64,000 nt of DNA from NCBI RefSeq assembly GCF_036321535.1, contig NC_087436.1, positions 76,138,001-76,202,000 of the forward strand. Direction: 5' to 3'. Shown piece after piece: positions 1 through 13,134 of the stretch (its first letter is position 1; each line of letters opens with the position of its first letter). The translations under genes and the position numbers were made by a program. The notes under the pieces were generated by a model. That model was not told the origin of the DNA and did not search any database. It saw only the letters and a program-made list of their open reading frames with translations. The DNA comes from Camelus dromedarius (Eukaryota).

Positions 1-520
1 TCTAATCCACAGACCCGATTCAAATTTCACCTTTTGTTCCAATTAGATCCTTTAGAGATTCAAGATCCAATTGAGAATCATGTATTGTAGTTAGTTTTCA
101 TGTCTCTTAAGTCTCCTCCAGTCCTGAACAGTTCCTTAGTCTTTCATTGTCTTTTATGAACTTGACGTGTTTGAAAAGTATGGGCCAGTTACTTTGTAGA
201 ATGCCCCATCCCCCATTTAGGTTAGTTTGAGATTTGTTTATGATTAAATTTATTAAACAGGTTATGAGTATTAAGAAGGAATACAACAGAAATGATGTGT
301 ATTTTTTCAGCATCTAACACCAAGAAGTATACTCTGCTAAGATTTTCCATTACTGGTGATGCCCATTTTTGAGTACTTGATTAAAGTGTTCTCTGCCAAG
401 CTTTTCCACTGTAAAAATATTTTGTACTTATTAAAAAGTAAGTAATTAGTGAGTATTTGTAATGAAAATCTGGCTTTCATCAACCACAATATACGTATTT
501 ATTTGCTTAATCCCTTTATG
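1..520 (-). mobile_element. Ancient L1 3' end fragment (L1MC4/L1MC5-like)
   Basis: 'ttgacgtgtttgaaaagtatgggccagttactttgtagaatgcccc' and the following sequence resemble the antisense L1MC 3' UTR consensus as recalled; boundaries approximate. Confidence 0.65.
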
Positions 521-814
521 TGTACCAGTATCAGAGACACGTAAGCCATCTCCTTGCCCCTGACACCATGGGCCCCAACCAAATGTGATTTCTTCTTAGT
601 CCTGGTCCCAGAGAATATACTAGTCAAAGTCCCTGAACATGCCAGGAGAATCCCCAGCTGGAATGTCTTGCCCCCGACAACCCCCTCCCCCGCAATTCCC
701 ATCAACTTTTGCAAAATTCTGGTGGAGTCCATGGCCAAGTCTTCTCACGTCTTGACCCTGGCTCAATGCAGTGTGTATACCAGATGAATTCTTGTCCAAA
801 AAACTCATCCTAGC

Positions 815-1930
815 AATATATATTTATAACTAATCCAAGTCTACTTTCATATAAAACTATACCACCTCACAGGTAGTGTGAGTACTTTATAACAAAATAA
901 TCTTAATTTCTCCCTCCCATCCCCTGTATCATTCATTCATTTCACTTATACATATATATCTATGTATGTAAACATACATAATAGAATAGATTGTTACTAT
1001 GATTAGTTTGAACAAACTGTTGTCTGTTAGATAAATTAAGAATTAGAAAATAAAAGTTTTTAATTTACCTTCACTTATTCTTTCTCTGATGCTCTTATTT
1101 TTCTTTATGTAGTTTCAAGTTTCTGATTTATATAATTTTTCTTCTCCCTAAAAGACTTCTTTTAACATTTACGTAGTTTCAAGTTTCTGATTGATAGTAC
1201 TGTAAATAGGCATATTTGTAATGAGGTGGTGAAGTATGGGAGAGGGGACGTGTTATATAGTCCTATGATTAGGTCTTGGTCCTTTAGTGATCCTGTACCT
1301 CTAGACTGTGACACTTCACAAATTCTTCTCACTCCCCACCACCAAAACCTCAGGTGAGACAGCACGGCAAGACTGGACTGGAGTTGAGTATTTCACTTCC
1401 CCGAGGTCAGTTAGGCTCTGATAAAACCCCAGCTGATTGGGCTCTGGTTACCTAGTTTCTCCTGAGGTCAGGACTTGTTATTAAAAAGAAAAAAAGAACA
1501 GAGTGTTCTGACTTCAAAATGGTTCCTTTTCCACTCTTCCTGCTGGAAGTTCAGGATTTTTTTCCCCATTATTTACTTTGAGGACCTGGTAAGATTCTTG
1601 TAGGTAAAATTCACAAAGTGTGCCCCACTCTGAAACCACAGGGTCCTCTGGAGTTTTTAATCCGAGTTTACAGCAATTTGTCAATTACAGTTCAGGTTTT
1701 CCTACTCCAGCCCTGATTCCTGTGGTTTCAGCTCAGGGGTTTCTGCTCCTGTAAACTGTGATTGTATTTGCTTTTTGGAGTCTCTAGTTTGGGGGCCAGT
1801 GGTTTGCCCTGTGACCTCACTTCTTTTACAGACCTGAGAAGAGTTGCTGACTTTTCGGTTTGTTTAGCTTTTAACTTGTTAGGACAGAGTGGTGACTTCC
1901 AAGTTTCTTGGAAATGGGACTGAAAACTAG
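815..1930 (-). mobile_element. Ancient L1 5' region fragments (L1MCa/L1MDa-like 5' end)
   Basis: 'gtcagttaggctctgataaaaccccag...ttcaaaatggttcctttt' and 'ttaatttaccttcacttattc' match recalled antisense L1M 5'-end motifs. Confidence 0.55.
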
Positions 1931-2136
1931 AAGTATCTATTTAGGCCTTTAAAAATTTCTCTCAGCAATGTCCTATAGTTTTCAGTGGGTAGGTCTTGCA
2001 CACATTTTGTTAAATTTATCCCAAGTTATTTCATATTTCTTGATGGATATTACAGTTTAATTTCACAATAATTCATTGCTATAATGGAAATACAATGATT
2101 TTTATATATTGAACTTATAACTTGCAACCTTGCTTA

Positions 2137-2579
2137 TGTCAAAAATTCAGAAATAGAAAAATTAAACCACCAAATCAATACGTGGTATATATTAAGAGTT
2201 TATTATGCATGTAATAATAGTTTTAGACCTGGGAGCTTTCAAAAGTAAAACTGATACGAAGCTCAGAGGCATGAAGATACAGTACCGCTAATAAAGTGAA
2301 AATGAGAAAGTTGTTTACGCTATGCAATGATTGGTTATTACAGTGAGGGTTTCCAGACAGCAAGGGCCTGGTTAAAAGTGATTGTCTCATACCATTTTTA
2401 AGAAGATGACTTAAGTTTTTTTAATAACTATCAGAGACATTTATAAGAAATATATCTAAGTTAAGTTTCACTTGTGTTGATGAAATAAGCTAGATTTAAG
2501 CTTGCTAATGTGGCAAAAATGTTTTTTTCTGCTCAGGGAATTCTCAAGTCTGGTCTCCATTTTGTATTTAATTTTAACA
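2137..2579 (-). mobile_element. ERV1-class solo LTR (MER90/MER110-like)
   Basis: TG...CA ends; reverse complement begins 'tgttaaaattaaatacaaaatggagaccagacttgagaattccctgagcag'; splits an L1; TSD degenerate (ctta/ctag). Confidence 0.7.
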
Positions 2580-4486
2580 CTAGTAAGTAGCTTTCTGTAC
2601 ATTTCTTAAGATTTTCTACATTGATGATCATGGGAACAGGGATAAATGTTATATTCTTCTTTTCCAATATATATGCCTTTTATTTCTTTTTCTTTTCTTA
2701 TTGTAATAACTAGCACCTCCAAAATAATGTTGAATAGAATTGATGAGAGCAAACATCTTTATCTTATTCCTGATTCTTGGGGAAGTTAATTTTGATGTTG
2801 GCTGTGGATTTTTGTAGATGTCCCCTATGTTGATGAAATTACCTTCTTTTCTTAGTTTGCTGAGAGTTTTTAATCATGAATAGGTATTCAGTTTTATCAG
2901 ATGCTTTTCCTTCATCCCTTTTTAAACCTGGTAATATATTGAGTTACATTAATAGATTTTTAAATGCTAAATCAATCTTGTTTTCTTGGGATAAACCTCA
3001 CTTATTCATGATGTATTATTCATTTTATATATTCCTGGATTTAATTTGCTTAATTTTTAAAAGAAATTATACATCTATTTTCATGAAGAGTATTGGTCTA
3101 TAATTTTTTTTAATAATAACTTTTTCTGGTTTTGTTATGAGGATAATGCTGACTTCATAAAATAAATTGGGAAATGTTTTCTCCTGACCCCCTTCTGTTT
3201 TCTGGAAGAGTTTGTGTATGACTTTTTCTTTTCCTTAAGTGTTAGGTAGGATTCACTGAGGAGGGTATAAATTTATGTGGGCCTGTTGTTTTCATTGTGG
3301 AGAGCTTATTTAGATTTTTCATAGATCCAAGTGTCTCAGTTTATGTTTTTATTCCTGAGTGAATTTTGATGACTGATGTCTTTCAAACTATGTATCCATT
3401 TTATCTAAGTTGAATTTGTTAAGATAATGTTAACCTTGAAGTTCCCTCATTATCCTTTTAATATTGATATAGTATTTAGGAATTACGCATCTTTTAATTT
3501 TGATATTGGTAATTTAAATGTTCTCTCTATTTTTCCTAATAAATCTACATAGAATTATTTAGTTTTATTATTGATCTTTTCAAAGATCAGCTTTTGGCTT
3601 CATTGGTTTTTCTCTATTTTTGTTTTATATTTGATTGACTTTTACTCTTAATTATTCCCTTAGCTCATCATTTTGGGTTTAATTTCCTCTTTTTCTCATT
3701 TCTTAGTGCAGTAGCCAAGATCTTTGATTTGATTTAAACTTTGATCTAAACCTTTTCTCTTTTCTAATACTTGAGCATTTTATGCTATAAATCTCTAAAC
3801 ACTGCTTTAGCTGCATTTCTCAAATATTGATTCGTAGCAGATTCAATATGATCCACTTCAAAATGTTTCCTAATGTCTTTTGTGATTTCTTCCTTGATTT
3901 AAGGATTGCTGAGAAGTAAGTTATTTAACTTGACATAGTTTGGGTTTTCTAGATGTTTTATTTTTGCTAATTTCCAATTTAAGTTTTGGCCAAATAAAAT
4001 ACCCTAAGACTTTCATCTTTTAAACTATATTGAGACTAATTTTCTGGTCCAGCATATGATCAGTCTTGGTTAATATTCCATGTGGACTTGAAAAGACTAT
4101 ATAATCTGAAGTTGTAGCATTATAGTGTTTTTAAATGTCATGTAGTTTAAGGTGACTGACAGTGTTGTTCAGATCTACATTATTATAGTTATGTCTACTG
4201 ATCATTGAGAAATGTGTGTTAAAGTCCTCAGCTAAGATTGTAAATTTGTCTTTTTTTTTTCCAGTCTTTACTTCATATGTTTTGAAGCTCTTTTATTGAG
4301 TCAAGTATATTTATAATTGTTTTATCTTCTTGATATATTGACTTTTGTATTGATGAAATATCCCTCACTGTCTCTAAAAATACGTGTCTTGAAATTTATT
4401 TATTATATTAATATTCAGTTGTTTTTGTTGTTTACAAATATTTAGGCAACTTTCACTTTTAGTATTTGTATTTTCTTTTTAAGGTT

Positions 4487-4544
4487 TGTATGTAGAAGAT
4501 ACTCATCTACATCTATGTATGTAGAAGATACTCATTTACATCAT
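4487..4544. repeat. 29-bp tandem duplication
   Basis: 'tgtatgtagaagatactcatYtacatc' occurs twice head to tail (4487 and 4516). Confidence 0.85.
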
Positions 4545-7064
4545 TTACAATCAATCTGGCTATTGATTCAAATCTTTTATATTTTATGTAATTATGGATA
4601 TGATTACATTTAGAGCTGCTTTTTTTCACTTTCACTTAAAAATTTCCCCATCAAAGCTTTTCTTTTCTTTAAAAATTTTTTGCCTTTTAAAAATTAATCA
4701 AATATATTTAAAAATACTATTTGTATACTTTTGTTTGCTTTCTATTTATATCTCTGCATCTTTTTAGTGGTTGCCACAAACGTTAAAATATGTAGTTTAT
4801 ACCCAGTCTACTTAGAGATAATTTAAAATTATTTCTTGTAAAATATAGGAGCCTTGTAACAGTATATATTTCCAGTTTGTCCCCTTCTTAAGACTATTGT
4901 CATGTGTATATTTACCCCATAAAGCAACAAGTAACATGTGATACTTTTTTGCCTTATAACTTACCAAAAAAAGCAAGAGAAAAGAAAAAAGTTTTATATT
5001 TACCCATACTTTTACTATTTCTGATGCTCTTCATTCTTTCCTGTAGATCTGAGTTGTCATCTACTGTCATTTTCTTTCAGATTAAAAAACTTCCTTTAAC
5101 ATTTCTTATAGTAGTACTTTTGGCTCAAAAACTCAAAGTCAGTTACAAATTTTAAAAGGCTAAACTCTCTTCCTTCTTTCTGCATTTGAATGCTTTATGG
5201 CATATTTAAATAATTGCTCTTTAATTTATTTTATCCAATTTTTATAAATATTATCTGTGGAGTGTTTGCCTGACCATATCATTCCACAATCATTTACCCT
5301 CTCCAGCAAGTTGTACATAGTGGTGTTCTATGGTGTTATTCTCTGTTAATCCAGGAATATATTCTTTCTGTGTTTAAAGAATTCACTTTTCTTTATCTCA
5401 TGGCATCCTTTATCATTTTCCAGAAATGTTTATTTGTTCCTTTTTTCCTGTAATTTCATAAGAATTGAAAATAGAAGTTGAGATAGATACAAATACATTT
5501 TTCCCACATTCATCCAATCTTCACAAAACTGCTTATTTAAATACCATGTATTGCTTTAAAATTTCATATTTATAAACAAGTTAATTGTATGCAATCAAGA
5601 ACATTTTGAATTATAATTCTTTCCAAAAGAAAGTAAGAGTAAAAAACTGGAAATTGAAGTAAAAGGTTATTTGAATTTAGTTACTCAGAACAGAGTTTAG
5701 AGTTCAGATTAATTGGCAAATTCCCCACTTTGATTTCTCAGGTACATACCATCTACTATCTTTGGTCTTTCTCTAAACTTTTTTCTATGATACTTGACTT
5801 TTCTACTCTTTATTTGAAATGTATTTATAAGCAGTATCTTCTTATTTTTATTGTTTGCATTTTCCAGTCTCATTCACTCATCTGGTTATAAACTTATTGT
5901 GAGCAGGAACTTTGCCTGCCCAGAGAACTAACTCCAAGACCTTGGGGATGTTGACTGAAAAGTCGATACTTATTTTAGCTCTCTCCAATTTACTCTAATT
6001 ACAGTACATGAAAAGAGGCCAGTTTACTTAAGATTCCTAAACCTGAGCATTTCATTTGATGTAAATTTTATAAGGAGACTTTTTAAAAAGGTATAGATAG
6101 TTTATTTCTTCTTCACCAGCTGAGTAGATATATAATATCCATATTTTATCTTTGTTGTTTTGGTAGAAAATTAAACACTGTTGCTTGAAATCTTTCCCTG
6201 CTTAAACATTTTTTATTTTTATATAAAACCTTTTAAAATTTAAGATACAGATGTCTTGCTTTTTAATTGTAATTTGTTAGAATTTCAAGATATTTTTCAA
6301 GCAAGACTTGTAAGATATGGTAATGTAATATTTTTAAAAGAATTTTAAGTATTTGTTTACTGTATGTAGCTATAGTATGCCTCATTGTTTTGAAGTCTAA
6401 TAGTTCAAATAAGTATAGAATTTATTGCCACTAATAGCTATTAAAAATGACACGATGAGGAACCCTCAAAAATTTGAGATTAGTTAGTTGCACGTTGCTT
6501 TGTGTGTGACTTATAATCTTCACAGAAATAGATAAAAGATATATACAAGTAATTACTACCCTGTAGAAAATTTTATTTATGAAAACACTAAAGAATATAC
6601 CTACATATTTGTAATTAAGTTACTGATTGAATGCTGTGTAAATGGTAGTATATTATCTAAGGGTATTCTAAATAAGTATTTGAAAGAATTATATGGAAAC
6701 AATTCACTTCATCTTTGTTCAGTAAATAATTTGATATATTTTGTTCTTCCACATTATTGACTATCATTATGTTTTAGATAGAGATGTCGGGTTATATTAA
6801 TTATTCAAAAAACCTTGAGATTAAGTTTTCTGTTTATTGTTCTGAACTTGTGATTTGATTTGACAATTTAAGTTAATAACTTGAGCGTCTTACACTAGTA
6901 TACATACCTTTTTTCAGGAATTCAGTATTGTTTTTGCCACTTGACCTTTTTTATATTTACATACTTTATAAGTATTGTATTTGCAAAATTACAACAATAA
7001 TCAAGAAAAAGCAAACAATTATTTAAGGCTGCTCTTCTCTTTCAGATACCTTTGGAAATTATTA

Positions 7065-7423
7065 TTGCTGATCAGCAAATATATCCAGCCCTTGTCTTTT
7101 TGCATGAATAGTAAGAGAGCATTAACCTGTCCCCTTGATACTAGGCATAATCACATTAAGTTGCTCTAGGCTAGTCATGTGTGTCATTTCCTTGTGAAAA
7201 ATCTTAAGAACTTGTGCATGGTTTGCCATGTTACTTTCTTCCTGTGGCAGAAATTTTAAACGTGTCTGTCAAATTTAAATCTCTATCATTCTGGGTCCTT
7301 GAGAGACTGTGATGATCAGAGAACTATTGCCGAACCTCCTTGAACATGAAGTAGACTTTTATGTGATAAAACATATGATTTTTGTTTGTTACTGCAGTAT
7401 ATTTAGCCTTTTCTGACAGATAC
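7065..7423 (+). mobile_element. MaLR LTR (MLT1J-like)
   Basis: Typical MLT1 3' end 'tttgttactgcagtatatttagcc...ctgacagataca'. Confidence 0.65.
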
Positions 7424-8222
7424 AAAAATCGTTCCCTAAGAGAGATGTTGTCATAGTCTGAAATATGTGACACTGGCCTAGCAATGAAGGGAGGCAGTGA
7501 AGAAACTATTTTTGGATGCTGGAAGGATGGCAGTCTATGTTATATGGTGGCGAAAGATTTAGTGAAGTTGTTTATGAAGATGTGAAAACAAGATAATATA
7601 TCTAATGGACTTGTAAGCTTTAGGGCAAGTCATTAAAGAGCAAAGCTTTAGCAGTATGTGTTGGTTGATGGTGGCTACACTTGATAAGGAATTATATGAA
7701 ATAGACAAGGTCAGAAAAGAATTAACCTGAAAGTAGAAAAGTAGAACTGGAGTACATGAATTCAAGGTCTTGTAGAATTGAAGAGTTAACTGTTTCCAAC
7801 CAGTAAAACATAAAACTGGGAAGGATTTTGAGTTATAAGAGCTGATTAAAATTCAGCCTTGTGACAATGAGCAAATTAAGGTATAGAGCTCTTTAAATTG
7901 CTTTGAACTTCTGAATGGATTAAGATATCTCAGCATAAACTTCCAGTTGAAGGTGTGATACCCTTTAATCATTAAAAATGGAAAAAATGATTTAAGGGTA
8001 TGGCTTTCCCCCTCAAGCTTGACAGATTCAAGATACCAATAATTAAGTTGGAAGAACATGGGGAATTAAAGGAATATAGTAATATTAAGAAATAGGACTA
8101 AAAAGAACTGTGAGTGTAGCTATTGGCACATGAGGCTGATGGAAATACAATAGATGAAAAGCTTACTAAGTTTTTTCCCTATGAATTTTATTGAAAGTAG
8201 AAAGCCATGGCTTGTTGCTATC
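7424..8222 (+). mobile_element. MaLR internal sequence (MLT1-int), degraded
   Basis: Directly follows the LTR; 'ggaggcagtgaagaaactatttttggatgctggaaggatggcagtctatgttatatggtggc' resembles MLT1-int. Confidence 0.6.
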
Positions 8223-8226
8223 AAAG

Positions 8227-8767
8227 TGTCAGGTAGTTAGATAAGTTGGGGCACTGGGCAGATAGATGGAGGGGAGGGAGGATGGTCTGGAAGATGGCAT
8301 TATGCCCACCTCTAGCATAAAGGGGCTTCTAAATGAGTGCCAGCAAGAAACCAGTTAGAACCTGACAGCCACGTCTGCACAGTAGCAGAAAGGACTTAAC
8401 TGGACATGACCCAAAGTTCATTGTATTATAATTAACATTGTGTTTTAGGCCCCCTTCCATGGGTTTTTCTGTGTACATCATGGGTAAGGACATGTGCAAA
8501 GGGGCCAAACATGACTAAGCATTCCAGGGACAAGAGCCATCAATCAAAAGACCACCTCTAAGCGAGGATATAAGAGAAGGGGAGACAAAACCCGCTGCTT
8601 TTCCTCCCTTGGATCAGCTTGCCTCTCATTCTTGGAGGTGTACTTTTTCTTTTCTAAATAAATCTTTTAAAATCTTTCGCTACACAGCACACCATCTCCC
8701 AATTGTAATTTTATCTTTCGGGTATGACAAGAACTGGAGTCTTTCCTCTTTACTTATTGGAGTAACA
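8227..8767 (+). mobile_element. ERV1-class solo LTR, copy A
   Basis: TG...CA termini, perfect 4-bp TSD aaag (8223-8226 and 8768-8771), TATA-like tataag near 8568, AATAAA at 8657-8662; homologous to 20546-21094. Confidence 0.9.
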
Positions 8768-9574
8768 AAAGAAGACTTGTGGATTCAGATAACGTAATGG
8801 GCAACTCTGATTTATTAGCAATACACACAGTTCATCATCATTCATCTTGAATTTGCAAAAAGATTTAATGATAAAATCTTTTATTATTAGGATTTTTGTA
8901 CTGACAATATTTCTACCTGTGTTGCATTTGTAGTTATTTTATAGCAGAGCTTAAATAATGACATAAGTCTTTTCTTCATATTGTAAAGTTCTATAAATAA
9001 TTTATCAGGTGAATCGAAGGCTATTTTTAAAAAACACATAAAATCTATGTACTGGATATTTTCTCTAGGTATGTCAATAATAATTACTGCAACACTTTAA
9101 AAGCATCCAATGCTCTATCAGTAATGACTGATGTACTTTTTAACCCATATAAGATTATATTCAATACAAAGACTTGATTTTAGGTATTATTTATATGTTT
9201 TCTTACTGTTTTAATATTAAAAGTAGAAACTCTTGAAACTATAACCCAGATTTATTCTTATTTCAAGGTTCACACAACTGCTAATGTAGAACTTTGACTT
9301 TCTGATCTATTCCTAGAAATTATGTTCTCTGTGGAAATTGTAAAAAATTAAGTATCATTTTTAGTTCTTCTGAAAGTAGGGTAGCACAACTAAAGCCGAT
9401 GTTTTATGCAGTAACAAATAAAATGTGTCTGTAACAGAATGAACCATCGTGGTCTTTTCAAAAACACAAGAGTAATTTTAAAGTGATCTCTCTTTGAGAG
9501 TTTTCATTATAAAAGTTTTTAAGAAACATGATGAACCAAATAAAAGGCAGTGGATGTGTTTGCTCTTATTTATT

Positions 9575-9650
9575 TCCTTCCTTCTATCCCTCCCTCTCCA
9601 TCTTTTCTCCTCCTCATCCTCTTGATCTTCCTCTTCCTCCTCATTCTTCA
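9575..9650. repeat. CT-rich, (CCT)n-like low-complexity tract
   Basis: 'ctcctcctcatcctcttgatcttcctcttcctcctc'; source of the poly-E chance ORF. Confidence 0.75.
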
Positions 9651-9999
9651 TGATTAAAAAAAAAATCAGACGGGCATTTGCAAATGGAATAATGGCACTA
9701 ATCACATAAGTACTGAAAACAAGTCTACAATCTTTTTCTTTTAAATTATGATCAGAGATGTTAAGACAAGATCATAATAATTCTGTAATAAGAACGATTC
9801 CTCCATGAAGAATAAAAGGCTTTCATGTAAAGTGACGAGAGGGGTCTAGTCACATAAGTCCAGGGAAATGCAGACAGTGAACTCTTGTCTCTGACATGTT
9901 TTTTTAAACTCACAGTTATGTCTGGCGGTAAGCACTATGATTTATAAGTTAGCAATCCCTCATTGGTTTGTATTGCCACATTTTCCACAAACAGAATAC

Positions 10000-10620
10000 T
10001 TCACAGCCGTTGTTTTATTCCTTTGATTTATTTGTTCATTCCTCTGTCAATATCACACTAACTTAATTATTATTATGACTTTGTACCATGTTTTAACACT
10101 TCATAAGCTTATTAATTCCTCATCACACTTCCTTTTCAATAGTTTTTTTTTTAATTTAGTCTTTAACATAATTTTGTCTTCTTCTAAAAAAAGTACATAA
10201 ATCCCATTGGCATTTTGACCTTGAGTATATTAGGTGCATAGATCGCTTTGGGTAGAATTATCAACTTTATAATTTCAGTGTTACCATTTTGGAAAATAGG
10301 AATTATCTTCATTTATCCATGCTATCTTTTATACTTCTCTTTCTTCATATAAGTTCTACACATTTCATGATAACATTATTCCAATGTATTTCATAAATTT
10401 TTTCCCTGCCATACCACATTGCATCTTTACTAATGCAAATAGCATAGTAAGATTTATTTTTTTTAAATAGCTATTTCAAAAATAAAAATAATTTTATTAA
10501 TGTTGATACATATAAATTATTAATATTAGAACAACTACTGAAAATATATTTAAAATAGAGTTTATTTTCAGTGGGATTTTTAACAATTGTCAGTCATTAT
10601 TTTATGAATCATTTTAACTT
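10000..10620 (-). mobile_element. Highly degraded L1ME ORF2 fragments
   Basis: 'cccattggcattttgacc...gcatagatcgctttgggtagaatt...tttataat' resembles antisense L1 ORF2. Confidence 0.5.
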
Positions 10621-12785
10621 ATTCTAAAACTATTCTTGAGCCAAAAAGCTACTGGCATGTTTTTTGGAATTCATGACATTGGGCCTTCATATCTACTTGG
10701 TGCCTCACCTTCTCAGAAGCTTCTACTTGGCCCTTTGTCTTTTTCTGGTGGATCTTCTCAGTATTCCTGCTCAGGCAAAAGGCCTCGACTTTTCAAAAAG
10801 TCCTTTATCTTTTTCTAGGTGAAGAAATAGAAAGACAAATGGCTTTACCTTAGTCAAAGGGATATTCTGGGAAGGACACAGATCAGAACTCTTTTTTTCA
10901 ATTTAGTTCACTAACTAAGTGATGTAGTAGTGTCCTTTAAGAACACATTGGTAAACATGAAAATAATCCATGGGAACATGAATGCATTTTATCTTCTTGC
11001 ATCGTGATGATGAATCTTGCATCTTAAAGTCCTTTTAATATAAATAATTCATGTTGACATAAGACACATGGTCAGGCAAATCAGCATGTGAGAGCAGTGT
11101 AAGGTCCATGTACTTCTCCTTCAGTTAAAGTTGTAGACCATTTTTATGTTTGTTTTTTTTTTTGATGTATAAGAATGGACATATAGAATTCTAATCCAAC
11201 TAATTATGTTATCCCTGGAGATACTAGGCCTAGAGAAGCCATCTGTCCTAAATGTAATGCCCAACAAGTCTACAGGTATAAAGTAATTTCCATGTGCTAC
11301 TTGTGAAATCACTTTATTTATGATCATATATCATTTATGTTGGCTGCCATTTTATAAAAATATAGACCTCCACGGGAGAGAGAGGAAGAAAAAAAGTATG
11401 AAATGTTTTAACAACTGTAGGGGTATATTATTAACCTAGGGAGAGCCTTAAAATAAGAACTAAGTGTATAAGTTTTAATATTTTCCTCTAAGGCTACTCC
11501 ACACAATTTATTTGGGTATCCAACTTTATACTTCATGCTGCAAGCTTAAATTATATAGGCATTTGGTATCTTTAAAGAATGAGGATTTTATAAATTATAT
11601 AAAGAATTGCTAATAAAATGATTTTTAAAACTTCTTTTTTAGTGATTAAGTGGTTTTTATGGATCTTGGGTTACAATGGAAGACTGAGCTATTGCAGTTT
11701 TCCATCCCTACTCAAATCCCTAAAAATGGCAGAAAAGCTACAAACAAAAATAAATAAAACTATGTGGTGCTTGATTTTGACTGAATGTTGCTAATGTTAT
11801 ACAACAATTCCATTAAAGAAATATTTATTAAATGTTTCCTTTAAAGCATATTTTATCTAACTTTTGAATTTTGGAAAACATTTTTTTCTGTTTATTTGGA
11901 ACTGAAGAATATACTTTATTGAAGCTCAAAATTTCATTGACCAAAATTTTCTTATAGACTATTAACAGTCATATATCTGACTATTGGCAATATGTTTTTG
12001 GAGAGACTTTGATTTACTTTTGCCTAATATTTCAGTAGTCATATATAGTTATTATATAATCATATATAATGTATTAGTGATGACCACTCACTAATGCAGT
12101 TACAGCTTTTAGACCTTTATACCTTCTACTTTCTCCCTGTTACTGTATTGTTTTCCTTAGCCAAATTGCTATTTCCCAAACGTGAATGGCAAATTTAACA
12201 CTGGAAATTTTTCAAAGTTTGCTTCAATTTTAATTACAAGTATTCACAGAAAATGGATCTCTGTTAACTATTCAGTTAGGCTGGTTTTTAACTTTGGTCA
12301 TTTAATTTTAGATATTTTAAATTAATATAGTCTGGTAATTTAATGCAACTATACTAATGGGAATTTAACCTCATGAACTTGGAGTAGAGGTAATTAAGAA
12401 TAAATATGAAAAATATTGATCAATGGTAGAGCAGGTCATAAGTAAGAGAGGGGAATTCAAACAGTGGTGCATTGTATTTCCATGATAATTGCTTGTGTAT
12501 CTGTTAAGAATCTGAATGACAAAATTTGAGTCATCGATAAGTTTCAGTGATTTTTTTACGCTTTCTTCTTTGCATTATTAGGCTGAAATGAATTTTGAAC
12601 CACTAGCTATGTAGCTAGAGATATCATAGTCTGAGGTAGAGGATGAAGACATGCTTCTTGCAGAGAAATATTCTGTCACACTTGAAGCCTTGGTTTAGCC
12701 ATTTTCTTTCTGAGTTCTTTTCCCTGGGCATTAATACAATTTCTCCCCTGTTTCCTCCCTCACTTATGTCTTCCCGTTTTTACAG

Positions 12786-12951
12786 CAATGCTGGAAGGCC
12801 TTTCTGCCTGACAGTGCTGGTGGGGGCACTCACTCAGCTCCTGAGCCCCTCGCCAGCTGCATTACACCTGACCTCCCTCCTCTGCTTGTCTGGATGTTTT
12901 GGCTTCCATGCGAACTTTCAATAGGGCTTTTGCTGCATTCTGCTGAGTTCT
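12786..12951 (+). other. Candidate exon (166 bp) of an unidentified gene or lncRNA
   Basis: About 40-nt polypyrimidine tract ending 'ttttacag' (AG 12784-12785); GTAAGT donor at 12952-12957; locally GC-rich; one frame open throughout. Confidence 0.35.
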
Positions 12952-13071
12952 GTAAGTGTCACACCTTAAAAGCATTCTCTGAGGAAATGAAGCTGAGAAA
13001 GGCATTTATTGTATAGCATATGTTAATGTACCACCTCTCTGCTCATGGCAATGACACTTCAAATGGCAGAT

Positions 13072-13134
13072 GTACCATCATCAGATTACTGAGAAAGTAA
13101 TCTACCAAAGTACCATCGTCAGATTACTGAGAAA
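13072..13134. repeat. 25-bp direct duplication with inverted-repeat spacer
   Basis: 'gtaccatcRtcagattactgagaaa' at 13072 and 13110. Confidence 0.85.

Larger units (their letters stand above)
1935..5110 (-). mobile_element. Degraded L1M ORF2 (antisense), interrupted by a solo LTR
   Basis: T-rich antisense ORF2 motifs 'aataatgttgaatagaattgatgagagc', 'ttttctggaagagtttgtgt', 'tgagactaattttctggtccagcatatg'; no intact frame. Confidence 0.8.

Noticed and set aside
9478..9705. ORF with an acidic poly-E run
   Set aside because: It is the reverse translation of a CT-rich low-complexity tract.
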